A stretch of 64,000 nucleotides of DNA from Candidatus Aquivivens invisus (lineage in GTDB: Bacteria > Omnitrophota > Gorgyraeia > Aquiviventales > Aquiviventaceae), in assembly GCA_001804415.1 (NCBI GenBank), contig MHGA01000017.1, forward strand, positions 18,390-82,389. The letters run 5' to 3'. Below the pieces are notes generated by a model. That model had not been told where the DNA came from. It did not search any database and saw nothing but the letters and a program-made list of their open reading frames with translations. Positions within the stretch are counted from its first letter, which is position 1; each line of letters opens with the position of its first letter. Position numbers and translations under genes: made by a program. Of this stretch, positions 1-8,203 are shown piece by piece.

Positions 1-1032
1 GTCGTACACATCCGTCTCACCGATCGGCTCGATCGAGACAATGGTGGAATACCGAACCGCTGGACACTGCTTGCCAGGGGTCTCTAAAGATTGTCGCAGT
101 TTCGCATTCTTCCGTTCAGAGATAAATCCGATAGAACGTTGGAACGCCTCCCGCTCGGATCGAATCGAGATGTCGAGTTCCCACATATCGTACCGATCCG
201 GCCGACGCTCTTTCTTTTGACGCAATCGAGCGTAAATACCGAATCGTGTCAACAGTCGTTGTAATTCCTCCGCCCAGCCTTTGGACGTCACCGCAAACGC
301 CACGTGCGCGCTTGGCACATGGACGGCGGCATAGCCGTCGGACTGGAATAGACTCTTGACGTAGGCAGCAGCTGCGTCATTGGGTGCCGTCCATAGAGGT
401 TGAGGAATCCGAAGGTCCTCCCCGCGTCGCAGCAATCCATACTGCTCAACAAATGGCCGAAGGGCCTCGCCATACAATCGAATCCGCCGACATCGAAGCG
501 TCTGATCCTGAGTCGCCACTTCACTGACATGGTGATGATGAACAGGAAAGACTTGCTGGATATGCTGCATCACCCAATCAAATTCCTGGTCATCAACCGT
601 TATGAACTCAATAGTCAATGATTGATTCGTACCATGATCGTACTGTCCAACGAACCCGTCAGCTTGCAACCAACCGGCCAGCGCAGCTTCTGCAACGACT
701 GTGGCTTCCGCTGGTGCCGTCACGGTCACCGGCGTGTGCGCATACACGCGCATCACCATGCCGGGCTTCAGCGCATCAACCCGACGCCATTCAAGACGCT
801 GAGTCCGTCGAACCTCGTGCGCACAGACGAGATGATCGCCGGTCGCTTCAATGGAGAATCCGTCGTTGAGGGTCACGCGGTAGACCGGCTTGCGTCCGTT
901 GTGCTTCACCGCGACGACCTGCGTCAGTCCCTCCGCGTCGTAGACCGGGAGTCCGATCAGATTGCGCTCGACAATCTCACCGATTGGCATAAGACCCTCG
1001 GCGGTATTAATGAGGGCGTGGTAGGGCTGGCA
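1..1032 (-). other. Intein with a double-motif LAGLIDADG homing endonuclease inserted in nrdJ (partial). The N-terminal splice junction is at Cys codon 1030-1032; the C-terminal junction lies outside the window.
   Basis: After the extein ...PQCSA the frame continues CQPYHALINTAEGLMPIGEIV (intein block A-like), then IEATGDHLVCAHE (block B TxxH). It also has LAGWLQADGFVG and KSLFQSDGYA, two LAGLIDADG motifs. The host NrdJ SAC-FIL active-site region is interrupted. Confidence 0.7.
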
Positions 1033-1524
1033 GGCCGAGCACTGAGGACGGGGCTCGATCCCGACATTGAACCAGACGGGCGAATTAAAGGCGGCGTATT
1101 GATGGACGAGCAGGTAGGTCAGTTCCGCCCGAAAGGTCTCGGCGTCCTCCGCCGTGGCGAAATAGCCGTCTGTGATGCCCCAGTCGGTGACGGTGTTGGC
1201 GACCCGGCCGATGAGCTGTTTGACGCTGCGCTCGCGCTGCGGGGTGCCGATGGCCCCTCGAAAATATTTGGAGACCACGACGTTGGTCGCCAGCTGCGAC
1301 CACGCGCTGGGCACTTCCACATCCCTTTGCTCAAACACCACCTCGCCTTTTTCATTGGCGATGGTGGCGGCTCTCAGCTCCCAGGCGATCTCATCAAAGG
1401 GGTGGATGCCTGGACGGGTCCATCGTCTGGGGATCGTCAGACCCCGCGCGCGAAGGGCAGGAGCCTCTGAACGCTCCACGGGGGCAACCGTCGCGCCAAT
1501 CCCAGACTTGATCTGCTCAGCCAT
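1..1524 (-). CDS. nrdJ: Adenosylcobalamin-dependent (class II) ribonucleotide reductase NrdJ: N-terminal extein plus the beginning of an in-frame intein. The CDS runs off the window at position 1.
   Basis: Minus-strand translation from the ATG at 1522-1524 gives MAEQIKSGIGATVAPVERSEAPALRARGLTIPRRWTRPGIHPFDEIAWE..VVVSKYFRGAIGTPQRERSVKQLIGRVANTVTDWG..NSPVWFNVGIEPRPQCSA. This is the conserved N-terminus of monomeric NrdJ. There is no stop before the window edge, which is why the ORF track does not list it. Confidence 0.8.
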   Translation of the reverse strand, partial: MAEQIKSGIGATVAPVERSEAPALRARGLTIPRRWTRPGIHPFDEIAWELRAATIANEKGEVVFEQRDVEVPSAWSQLATNVVVSKYFRGAIGTPQRERSVKQLIGRVANTVTDWGITDGYFATAEDAETFRAELTYLLVHQYAAFNSPVWFNVGIEPRPQCSACQPYHALINTAEGLMPIGEIVERNLIGLPVYDAEGLTQVVAVKHNGRKPVYRVTLNDGFSIEATGDHLVCAHEVRRTQRLEWRRVDALKPGMVMRVYAHTPVTVTAPAEATVVAEAALAGWLQADGFVGQYDHGTNQSLTIEFITVDDQEFDWVMQHIQQVFPVHHHHVSEVATQDQTLRCRRIRLYGEALRPFVEQYGLLRRGEDLRIPQPLWTAPNDAAAAYVKSLFQSDGYAAVHVPSAHVAFAVTSKGWAEELQRLLTRFGIYARLRQKKERRPDRYDMWELDISIRSEREAFQRSIGFISERKNAKLRQSLETPGKQCPAVRYSTIVSIEPIGETDVYD

Positions 1525-1549
1525 TCGGCTCCCCCCTGTAGTATACCCA

Positions 1550-1565
1550 ACCCTATATCTTGTTT
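1550..1565. promoter_or_regulatory. Candidate NrdR box 1 in the nrdJ 5' region
   Basis: ACCCTATATCTTGTTT matches the NrdR consensus acaCwAtATaTwGtgt at 13/16 positions and lies 26-41 bp upstream of the nrdJ start. Confidence 0.45.
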
Positions 1566-1581
1566 CCTGCCTGACGCCAAT

Positions 1582-1597
1582 CCACAAGCCATTGTGG
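1582..1597. promoter_or_regulatory. Candidate NrdR box 2 (tandem with box 1)
   Basis: CCACAAGCCATTGTGG has palindromic arms CACAA/TTGTG and matches the consensus at 11/16. Start-to-start spacing from box 1 is 32 bp, about three helical turns, as is typical of tandem NrdR boxes. Confidence 0.4.
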
Positions 1598-1709
1598 TTA
1601 GGGGCCAGGCCTCTGTCAAGTAAATTTTAAGCGAAAACACAAGATCTTGAGTCCCTCGACGGAAAATATGCCTAGGGGTTGGGGTAGAGACGCGGGTATC
1701 AGCGAGTGT

Positions 1710-2135
1710 TCAGAGGACGAACCGCTCGGAAGGTTCAAGCGTAGGCGGGAGAGCCGGCTTGTTCACCGTGATCTCCAACGGATCGCTCAGTAGAGATTGT
1801 CCTCGGCGCCTCGCCTCGAATGGGCCGAGGGTGAACTGGCCAGGCTCAAGCGCCGTCAGCGCATACACAAGGCTGATCGACCGCTTCACCTGGCCCGCCT
1901 CCATCGCCAGGTGCGTCGAGCGGCTCTGCGCGACGACGCGAAAAGCCTTGGGGAATTCCACGGGCTCCAGCTCGACCTGCTGGACATTGCCTTCCACGGT
2001 GATCGTCAACGCCAGCTGCTCTCCGACATCCACGGTCGTGCGATCAACCTGCACGGAGAGCTGCACGTCGGGAGGACCCGCCTGATCGGGGGCCGCCTCC
2101 GCGATCGCCGAACCGAGGAGCGTTGCGAGACTCAC
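1710..2135 (-). CDS. Secreted hypothetical protein (possibly a BatD-like N-terminal fragment)
   Basis: 141-aa ORF, co-directional and immediately downstream of htpX. It has a hydrophobic N-terminal segment but no diagnostic motif. Confidence 0.35.
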   Translation of the reverse strand: MSLATLLGSAIAEAAPDQAGPPDVQLSVQVDRTTVDVGEQLALTITVEGNVQQVELEPVEFPKAFRVVAQSRSTHLAMEAGQVKRSISLVYALTALEPGQFTLGPFEARRRGQSLLSDPLEITVNKPALPPTLEPSERFVL

Positions 2136-2176
2136 GAGGATCGCGCGGAAAATGGGAGGCCTCGAGTGAGGTGCTC

Positions 2177-3037
2177 TTACAGCCGCATCCGCCGCAACCG
2201 ACGCACGCGCTCCTCAACCGGCGGATGCGTGGAGAACAGGCGCGCGATCGCCCCGGCCGAGAGGGGATTGACAATGAACAGGTGCGCCGTGGCGGGATTG
2301 GCGTTCGGCAGCGGGTACTCGCGCGAGGCTGTGTGCAATTTCTCCAGGGCGTCCGCCAGCCCGTAGGGGCTGCCCGCCAAATGCGCGCCCGTGTCGTCGG
2401 CGCCGTACTCGCGCGTCCGCGAAATCGCCAATTGAATCAACATCGCGGCCAGCGGGGCGAGGATGGCAATCAGCACCAGCACGACGAGCTGCAACGCCCC
2501 GGCTCCTCGGTTCTCGCTGTTGCGGCTCCGGCCGCCGCCGAACCACAACGACCACTGCGCCATGCGCGCGAGGTACATGATGGCCCCGGCGATGGCCGCG
2601 GCCAACGTCATGACCAGCGTGTCGCGGTTCTTCACGTGCGAGAGCTCATGCGCCAGGACCCCCTTCAGCTCCTCCTCGCCCATGAGCTCCAGCAACCCGG
2701 AGGTCACGGCCACCGCCGCGTGGCTGGGGCTGCGCCCCGTGGCAAAGGCGTTGGGGGTCCGCGTGGAAATCCAGTACAGCTTCGGCATGCGCATCTGGCT
2801 TCGCGAGGCGATTTCCCGCACGACCCGGTAGACCTGCGGAGCCTCAGACTCGCCGAGCGGCTTGGCCCGGTACATGGCCAGGACGATCTTATCGCTGAAC
2901 CAGTAGGTGATGAAGTTGAGGACCAGGGCGAACGCCAATGCGATCGTCGCCCCCTGCGTTCCACCTATCAGGTGGCCGAGAAATACCAGCAGGACGGTCA
3001 GCAACGCCAACAAGAATCCGGTCTTCAGCACGTTCAT
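2177..3037 (-). CDS. htpX: Zinc metalloprotease HtpX (peptidase family M48)
   Basis: HELSHV zinc motif, an N-terminal TM pair MNVLKTGFLLALLTVLLVFLGHL and GAIMYLARMA-type helices. The start at MNVLK is preferred over the ORF-track start at 3097. Confidence 0.8.
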   Translation of the reverse strand: MNVLKTGFLLALLTVLLVFLGHLIGGTQGATIALAFALVLNFITYWFSDKIVLAMYRAKPLGESEAPQVYRVVREIASRSQMRMPKLYWISTRTPNAFATGRSPSHAAVAVTSGLLELMGEEELKGVLAHELSHVKNRDTLVMTLAAAIAGAIMYLARMAQWSLWFGGGRSRNSENRGAGALQLVVLVLIAILAPLAAMLIQLAISRTREYGADDTGAHLAGSPYGLADALEKLHTASREYPLPNANPATAHLFIVNPLSAGAIARLFSTHPPVEERVRRLRRMRL

Positions 3038-3119
3038 GGTGACTTCCTCCTCTATTCTTGTGCTTGGTATTATCCCCCCTCGAAGGAGGGCTGTCAAAGC
3101 AATCCGGCGAGGTGGGCGA

Positions 3120-3878
3120 TCAGCAATGCAGGGCCTGTAGGTCGCGCGCGAGGGTGAGGCGGCCGGCGTACGAGCGGCGGATGCGGCGGCGGGCGGTGGC
3201 GAGATGGACGATCGGATAGAAGTGCGTCAGGACCAGGCGGCGGGCCTGCGCCTCGGCGGCGATCCGCCCGCAGGCCGTCGGCGTCAGGTGGCCGGCGACT
3301 TTGCGCTCATCGGGCATGGAGCATTCGAGGATCAACACATCCGCCCGGCGACCCAACTGAACGATGTCGTCGCAGACGTCGGTGTCGCCTGAATAGGCGA
3401 TCGCGCGCCCGGCGGATTCGAGGCGATAGCCCAGCGCGCGTCCCTCCGCATGGTTCATCCGCTTCGTCCGCACCGTGCCGCCAGGAAGTGCGAGCGTCGT
3501 TTCGCCGAGTTCCTTGAGGGTCAGGCGGTACGTCTGTGGCTCGATCCAGCGATGGAAGGCGGTGTTGAGCTGCCGGTACAGTTGCTTCAGCCCGCGAGGA
3601 CCATAGACCGTAAATGGTCGCGTGCGGGCAGGGTACGGGATGCGCATCGCAAAGAGGATCGAGACGAGATCGAGACAGTGGTCCGGATGGAAATGCGTGA
3701 GGAAGAGGCGGTCGAGGTCGAGGTAGCTGACCCCGATGCGCATGAGCTGTTTGAGCGTGCCGGGGCCCGCGTCGAGCACCAGGTGTTCCCTGCCCGCCTT
3801 CACGTAGACGCCAGCGTACCCGCGCGGCGTGCGCGGATCCGGAATCCCCGTGCCGGTGCCGAGGAGCACGATCTTCAT
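3120..3878 (-). CDS. MBL-fold metallo-hydrolase (RNase Z/ElaC-like)
   Basis: LLGTGTGIP N-terminus, THFHPDH (HxHxDH) metal-binding motif and a downstream D/H ligand in ECSMPDE. Confidence 0.6.
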   Translation of the reverse strand: MKIVLLGTGTGIPDPRTPRGYAGVYVKAGREHLVLDAGPGTLKQLMRIGVSYLDLDRLFLTHFHPDHCLDLVSILFAMRIPYPARTRPFTVYGPRGLKQLYRQLNTAFHRWIEPQTYRLTLKELGETTLALPGGTVRTKRMNHAEGRALGYRLESAGRAIAYSGDTDVCDDIVQLGRRADVLILECSMPDERKVAGHLTPTACGRIAAEAQARRLVLTHFYPIVHLATARRRIRRSYAGRLTLARDLQALHC

Positions 3879-3880
3879 GG

Positions 3881-3962
3881 GACACAAGACTCAAGACACA
3901 AGACCCAAGACTATGACTTGAGTCTTGAGTCTCGGGTCTTGAGTCCAACAACTGGGTCTTCC
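3881..3962. repeat. Imperfect inverted repeat built from CAAGACN heptamers (intergenic hairpin between the exonuclease-WYL gene and the MBL gene)
   Basis: gacacaagactcaagacacaagacccaagact-atg-acttgagtcttgagtctcgggtcttgagtc. Confidence 0.6.
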
Positions 3963-3967
3963 GATGG

Positions 3968-4789
3968 TCATTCGGCGACGGCCGTCGGCACGAAGTCCGC
4001 GGGAATCGTGTACCGGTTCCACGTGGGCTTGATGTCGAGGATGCGGTCAATCCGGAACTGGCGGACGTCCTGGCGGAGGTGGCAGTACCCCTCGAAATAC
4101 GGTTCGTTCACGGCGTACACATCGACCCGACGGACGCGTTGCGCCGATTCGCCGGCCTGCACGCTGGCGGAAAGGTACTCGATCTCCACTTGGAGCCGTT
4201 TCTGGAAGGCCTCCGCCAACACCTTGGCGATCATTGCGAGGTCGCGTTTTCGCTCAGGCCAGAAGACCGGAATGTTCAATTTCTCCGCTCCGTAGCGGCT
4301 GGTGGCGAAGAGCGTGCCGTGCTGTTTGCCATAATCAAACAATTCTTTGGTGAGGCGCACGTCGTCGAGACAGTATTGCTTGATGAGGTCGAACTTCCCT
4401 TCTTTAAACCAGGCCAGCGCCTGGAGCCCGCTGCCGCTCTTGCCCTTTCCCAGGGTGGCCTGACACAAACTCTCCAGGCTCACGCGATGACCCAGTTGCT
4501 TGACGGCATCGTCAATGATGTCCAAGACCGGAATCGTCGAAATAGGAAAGGGCAGATAGGGCGAGAGGACCGGCAGGTCGAAGCGTTTGATGTTGAAGCC
4601 GATCACCAGCTCCGCCTCCTGCAGGAGGGGGACGAGCTGACGCAGCTCGGCTTCCAGATACGTCTCGTAGTGATCCGCACCGTAGCGGTAGATCCCGACG
4701 ACCGAGACGCCGAGGAGCTCATGCCGACGCCCCTCGACTTCGCTGAACTCCCGCTGCGTTTCCAGATCGAGCACAATCCGTTCACCCAT
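3968..4789 (-). CDS. DnaQ-like DEDDy 3'-5' exonuclease fused to a C-terminal WYL domain
   Basis: Exo I is IVLDLETQ, Exo II is VIGFNIKRFDLPVL and Exo III is YCLDD. The C-terminal segment EPYFEGYCHLRQDVRQFRIDRILDI matches the WYL-domain core (WYLxGYCxLRxxxRxFRLDRI). Confidence 0.6.
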   Translation of the reverse strand: MGERIVLDLETQREFSEVEGRRHELLGVSVVGIYRYGADHYETYLEAELRQLVPLLQEAELVIGFNIKRFDLPVLSPYLPFPISTIPVLDIIDDAVKQLGHRVSLESLCQATLGKGKSGSGLQALAWFKEGKFDLIKQYCLDDVRLTKELFDYGKQHGTLFATSRYGAEKLNIPVFWPERKRDLAMIAKVLAEAFQKRLQVEIEYLSASVQAGESAQRVRRVDVYAVNEPYFEGYCHLRQDVRQFRIDRILDIKPTWNRYTIPADFVPTAVAE

Positions 4790-4811
4790 GGACGGAGGTC
4801 ATCCTGCGCGT

Positions 4812-4907
4812 GGTGACAAGCGACAAGGGACAAGCGACAAGTTCGATGTCACCGCTCACTCATCCGTGTTGACTTGTCGCCTGTCGCTTGTAACTTGTCC
4901 CTGTCAT
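4812..4907. repeat. Heptamer-repeat hairpin (GTGACAAGCGACAAGGGACAAGCGACAAG arm, ~30 nt spacer, complementary TTGTCGC/TTGTAAC/TTGTCCC arm)
   Basis: Direct reading. Lies between the stop of the cpATP-grasp gene and the start of the exonuclease-WYL gene. Confidence 0.65.
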
Positions 4908-6298
4908 GTGAGCATGAGGGCGCTGAGGAGGCCGCCGCCGCGGGAGACATTGACGACGGGGTCTTCCGAGAAGCGGCCGATCAGGCCGACCCCGGTCGAA
5001 TTGACAAAGAAGCCGGAGACCACGCGCCGCTGGACATCACAGACGCTCCCGCCATTGAGCCGGGGGAACCGTTCCGTCGCGATGCGGGCGCGCTCCTGCA
5101 CGACGTACCGGCTGCGCCCCCCGAGGGCTTTGTTGAGCGTGCGCTCCCACACGGATTGCAAGACGCAATCGCCCACGACCACCCCCTGCCCGCCGTAGAG
5201 GGTGTTGGGCTTGAGGACCAGACGATTCTTGTGCCGGCGGATATAGGACGCCAGCGCCACGCGCGCGCCTGACGGGTCGGATGCCTGGGTCTGGCGCACC
5301 AGCCTGGTCCACGGCAGATGGCGGCGGAAGAACCACCGCTGCTGCGTGGTAAAGTACCGGGCGTGGGTGGGATCGGTGAAGATCTCCCAGCAGGACTTCT
5401 GGTCGAATTCCCACAGCAGGCCGGAGATCAACCGGCCCTCCCGAATCGCCTGCCGCAGGGCCGCAAGCCGCCTCCCGTGGCGCTCCATGTCGAGAAATTC
5501 GTTGAGCTCGCAGTCACGATAGAGGAGATCCACCGGTTGGCCGTTCGCCACCAGGCCGCGCCGGCCCACGCGCAGCGCCCGGGGGTCGGCGACGACGGCC
5601 TTCAGGCCCCGCCCGGCGAAATACCTCGCCAGGCTTTCGAACTCGTCGGTGCCGGTCGTGAAATCGGTGTTCTCGATCAACGCGACACCTCGCAGCCGGC
5701 GTCCCAACCGGCGGGAGACGCTGACCAGTTCGTCGAGCAACAGGTCGCGCGGGTCAGGCATCGGCACCACCCGACGGCCGGGAAACGCCCGCTCGAAGGC
5801 ATCGCCCAGCACATCCAATACGATTGAGGCGGCCGCGGGGGCATAATGGATGCCGCCGACCCCGACGGTATTCGGCTCGAGCATCTGAAAGGTCTCGCGC
5901 CACCTCGCGTGGGAAAACGTCGCGTTGGAATCAAGCCGCCCGAGCAGCGCCAGAGGCCGGCTGTGGCGCTGGCCGGCCAGGAGAATCCATGAGGCCTGCG
6001 CCGCCGTCAAGGGCAGGATGCGCCGAATGGCGGGATCGCGGGCGTACAGGGCCGGCAGGCGGGCCAGCGCCTCGACCATCAGGCGCGCGGCGCCATGAAA
6101 GAACTTGACCTGGGCCGGGCTGAGGATCCAGGGCACGAGGGCGAGCTCAATCGTCTGCGGCTTGTTGTGGCCCGCGAGAAACCGAAGCCCCCGCACCGCA
6201 CTCAGTGCCTGAACGGCGTGCAAACGCCTCAGCAGCTCCTGCCGGCCAAGCCGCTTGACCGCTCGATGCAACGGCTCACACGAGAGATAATCAAGCAT
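4904..6298 (-). CDS. Circularly permuted ATP-grasp type 2 family protein (DUF404/DUF407-like amidoligase)
   Basis: LVLKPNTLYGGQGVVVG plus RYVVQERARIA and downstream glycine-rich segments resemble cpATP-grasp-2 proteins. The start is chosen at MLDYL (6296-6298). The ORF-track extension to 6571 crosses a palindromic element and is probably untranslated. Confidence 0.5.
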   Translation of the reverse strand: MLDYLSCEPLHRAVKRLGRQELLRRLHAVQALSAVRGLRFLAGHNKPQTIELALVPWILSPAQVKFFHGAARLMVEALARLPALYARDPAIRRILPLTAAQASWILLAGQRHSRPLALLGRLDSNATFSHARWRETFQMLEPNTVGVGGIHYAPAAASIVLDVLGDAFERAFPGRRVVPMPDPRDLLLDELVSVSRRLGRRLRGVALIENTDFTTGTDEFESLARYFAGRGLKAVVADPRALRVGRRGLVANGQPVDLLYRDCELNEFLDMERHGRRLAALRQAIREGRLISGLLWEFDQKSCWEIFTDPTHARYFTTQQRWFFRRHLPWTRLVRQTQASDPSGARVALASYIRRHKNRLVLKPNTLYGGQGVVVGDCVLQSVWERTLNKALGGRSRYVVQERARIATERFPRLNGGSVCDVQRRVVSGFFVNSTGVGLIGRFSEDPVVNVSRGGGLLSALMLT

Positions 6299-6415
6299 GT
6301 GAGTGGTGCTCAGGCTTGACAGATGATGACGCTGGAGAGATGGTTTCGCCTGGCATACCGCCAGCGGCGAGGGCTGACGTGCGGCCGGCGTCGCGGAGGC
6401 CGAGCGGGCATGGTG

Positions 6416-6453
6416 CCCCACATGCTTCGTTTTGCGAAGCAAAACGTGTGGGG
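6416..6453. repeat. Two-tier palindromic REP-like element, copy 1
   Basis: CCCCACA-tgcttc-GTTTTGC-gaa-GCAAAAC-g-TGTGGGG has an outer 7-bp stem and an inner 7-bp stem. A longer second copy lies at 23864-23920. Confidence 0.5.
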
Positions 6454-6634
6454 CGAGCGAGGCCGGAGCGCCGAGTGAGCGGAGCCACGCTGGGGCGAAG
6501 CGAACGTCCGGCCGAACGTGCAGCCCGAGCACAGCTGGCGGTCCGGACGAACACGCGGTAAGCCCTGTCAACCTTGACGATGACCGTCATGTGGGGATGC
6601 TATTGTAGCGGATGGCGGTTTCATTTAGTATACC

Positions 6635-8104
6635 ATGACCATGAGCAACGAACGCGTCCCCACCGCCCTCGTCCGGCAGCTCGTCAAGGACCTCAAGCGC
6701 CGCGGCGTCGATTACGCGGACGTGCGCTTCGAGCGCATCCTGCACGAGAGCCTCATCGTAGAGAACGGCCAGGTCAAGCCGATCAGCCTCTTCGAAACCG
6801 CGGGGGTGGGCATCCGCGTGCTCATCCGGGGCTCCTGGGGCTTCGCCTCCACCCCGCATCTGACACCCTCGTTCCTGCGCCGGGCCGCCACGCAGGCGAT
6901 CGACATCGCCAAGAGCTCTTCCTCTATTAATAGGAAGGTGGTCCGGCTCGCTCCGGTTGAGCCGGTCAAAGCGACGTGGCGCTCCTCGTGGCAGATCGAC
7001 CCCTTTGAGGTCCCCTTAAGCAAAAAGCTCGACTACCTCCTGTGGGCGGAGGCGACGGTCCGCGGCCCGAAACCGATCAAGCGGGTCACCGCCCACATGG
7101 ATTTCACCAAATCGACCAAGTGCTTCGCCTCCACCGAAGGGGCGGCGATCGAGCAGCGCGCCATCGAAAGCGGGGCCGGCCTGGAGGTGGTCGCCCAACA
7201 AGGCGAGGAGGTGCAGGTGCGCAGCTACCCCAACTCCCATCACGGGGCGCTGGCGCAAGCCGGCTTTGAGTACGTGAAACAGTTGGACCTCGTCGGAGGC
7301 GCCAAAACCATCCAACGCGAGGTGCTCCAGCTGCTGCGCACTACCCCTCCAAGGGCCGGCCAGACCACGCTGATCCTCGACCCCACGCAGATGGTCATGC
7401 AGCTGCATGAATCGTGCGGGCACCCGACCGAATTGGACCGTGCGCTGGGCCAGGAGCTCAGCTACGCCGGCGGCAGTTTCCTGACGCCGGAGCGCCTGGG
7501 GACGCTGCGCTACGGTTCCCCGCTCATCACGATCGTGGCGGATGCCACGGCGCCGGGCGGGGCCGGCACGTTCGGCTATGATGACGAAGGGGTGCCCGCC
7601 CAACGGACCGAGCTGGTGCGCGAAGGCGTGTTCGTCGGGTATCTCAGCTCGCGCGAATCGGCCGCCCGCTTGGGGTTGCGCCACAGCTCCGGCGCGATGC
7701 GCGCGGACGGGTGGGACGTGCCGCCGCTTGTGCGCATGACGAACGTGAACCTCGAGCCGGGCGAGGCGACCCTCGAGGACTTGCTGCACGATGTGAAACG
7801 CGGCTACCTGCTCTCGACGAATAAGAGCTGGTCGATCGACGATCAGCGGCTCAACTTCCAGTTCACCACGGAAATCGGATGGGAGATCGTCAACGGCAAG
7901 CTCGGGGCGGTGGTGAACAATCCGCTCTACACCGGCATCACCCCTCAGTTCTGGCAGCGCTGCACCGGCTTGTCGGATCGCAACACCTGGCGGCTGTGGG
8001 GGGTGCCGAATTGCGCCAAGGGCGAGCCGGTGCAATTGATGCACGTGGGGCATGGCGCGCCCTATGCCCGCTTTGATGGCGTGACGGTCGCTCCCGCCCG
8101 CTAA
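6635..8104 (+). CDS. tldD: Metalloprotease TldD
   Basis: 489 aa with HESCGHPTELDR and a GxC..GxP C-terminal region typical of the TldD/PmbA (peptidase U62) family. Confidence 0.8.
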   Translation: MTMSNERVPTALVRQLVKDLKRRGVDYADVRFERILHESLIVENGQVKPISLFETAGVGIRVLIRGSWGFASTPHLTPSFLRRAATQAIDIAKSSSSINRKVVRLAPVEPVKATWRSSWQIDPFEVPLSKKLDYLLWAEATVRGPKPIKRVTAHMDFTKSTKCFASTEGAAIEQRAIESGAGLEVVAQQGEEVQVRSYPNSHHGALAQAGFEYVKQLDLVGGAKTIQREVLQLLRTTPPRAGQTTLILDPTQMVMQLHESCGHPTELDRALGQELSYAGGSFLTPERLGTLRYGSPLITIVADATAPGGAGTFGYDDEGVPAQRTELVREGVFVGYLSSRESAARLGLRHSSGAMRADGWDVPPLVRMTNVNLEPGEATLEDLLHDVKRGYLLSTNKSWSIDDQRLNFQFTTEIGWEIVNGKLGAVVNNPLYTGITPQFWQRCTGLSDRNTWRLWGVPNCAKGEPVQLMHVGHGAPYARFDGVTVAPAR

Positions 8105-8110
8105 CGACCA

Positions 8111-8197
8111 TGGGACAAGCGACAAGAGACAAGCGACACGTCATAAGTGACCCATGTATGGCCTTGATACTTGTCGCTTGTCGCTTGTAACTTGTCA
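8111..8197. repeat. Heptamer-repeat hairpin (GGGACAAGCGACAAGAGACAAGCGACA arm / TTGTCGCTTGTCGCTTGTAACTTGTCAC arm) between tldD and pmbA
   Basis: Direct reading. The right arm overlaps the annotated 5' end of the pmbA ORF (MSLVACNLSL). Confidence 0.65.
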
Positions 8198-8203
8198 CTC
8201 GAA

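Noticed and set aside
622-1630. Plus-strand ORFs 622..1470 (282 aa) and 1172..1630 (152 aa) in the ORF track
   Set aside because: They are antisense shadow frames of the minus-strand nrdJ extein and intein. Their translations are low-complexity Arg/Gly/His-rich with no motifs. The opposite strand gives a conserved NrdJ sequence.
2123-3157. Long plus-strand ORF (344 aa) overlapping htpX. Similar antisense ORFs occur elsewhere, for example 7016..8125 (-), 8489..9592 (-), 9628..10743 (-), 35557..37146 (+), 41436..42509 (+), 43547..44620 (+), 47261..48100 (+) and 57531..59534 (+).
   Set aside because: These are shadow ORFs produced by the high GC content, on the strand opposite clearly conserved genes (htpX, tldD, pmbA, PHP, dnaB, glmU, tkt, hisG, purD/purM). 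Their sequences are R/G/A/P-rich with no motifs.
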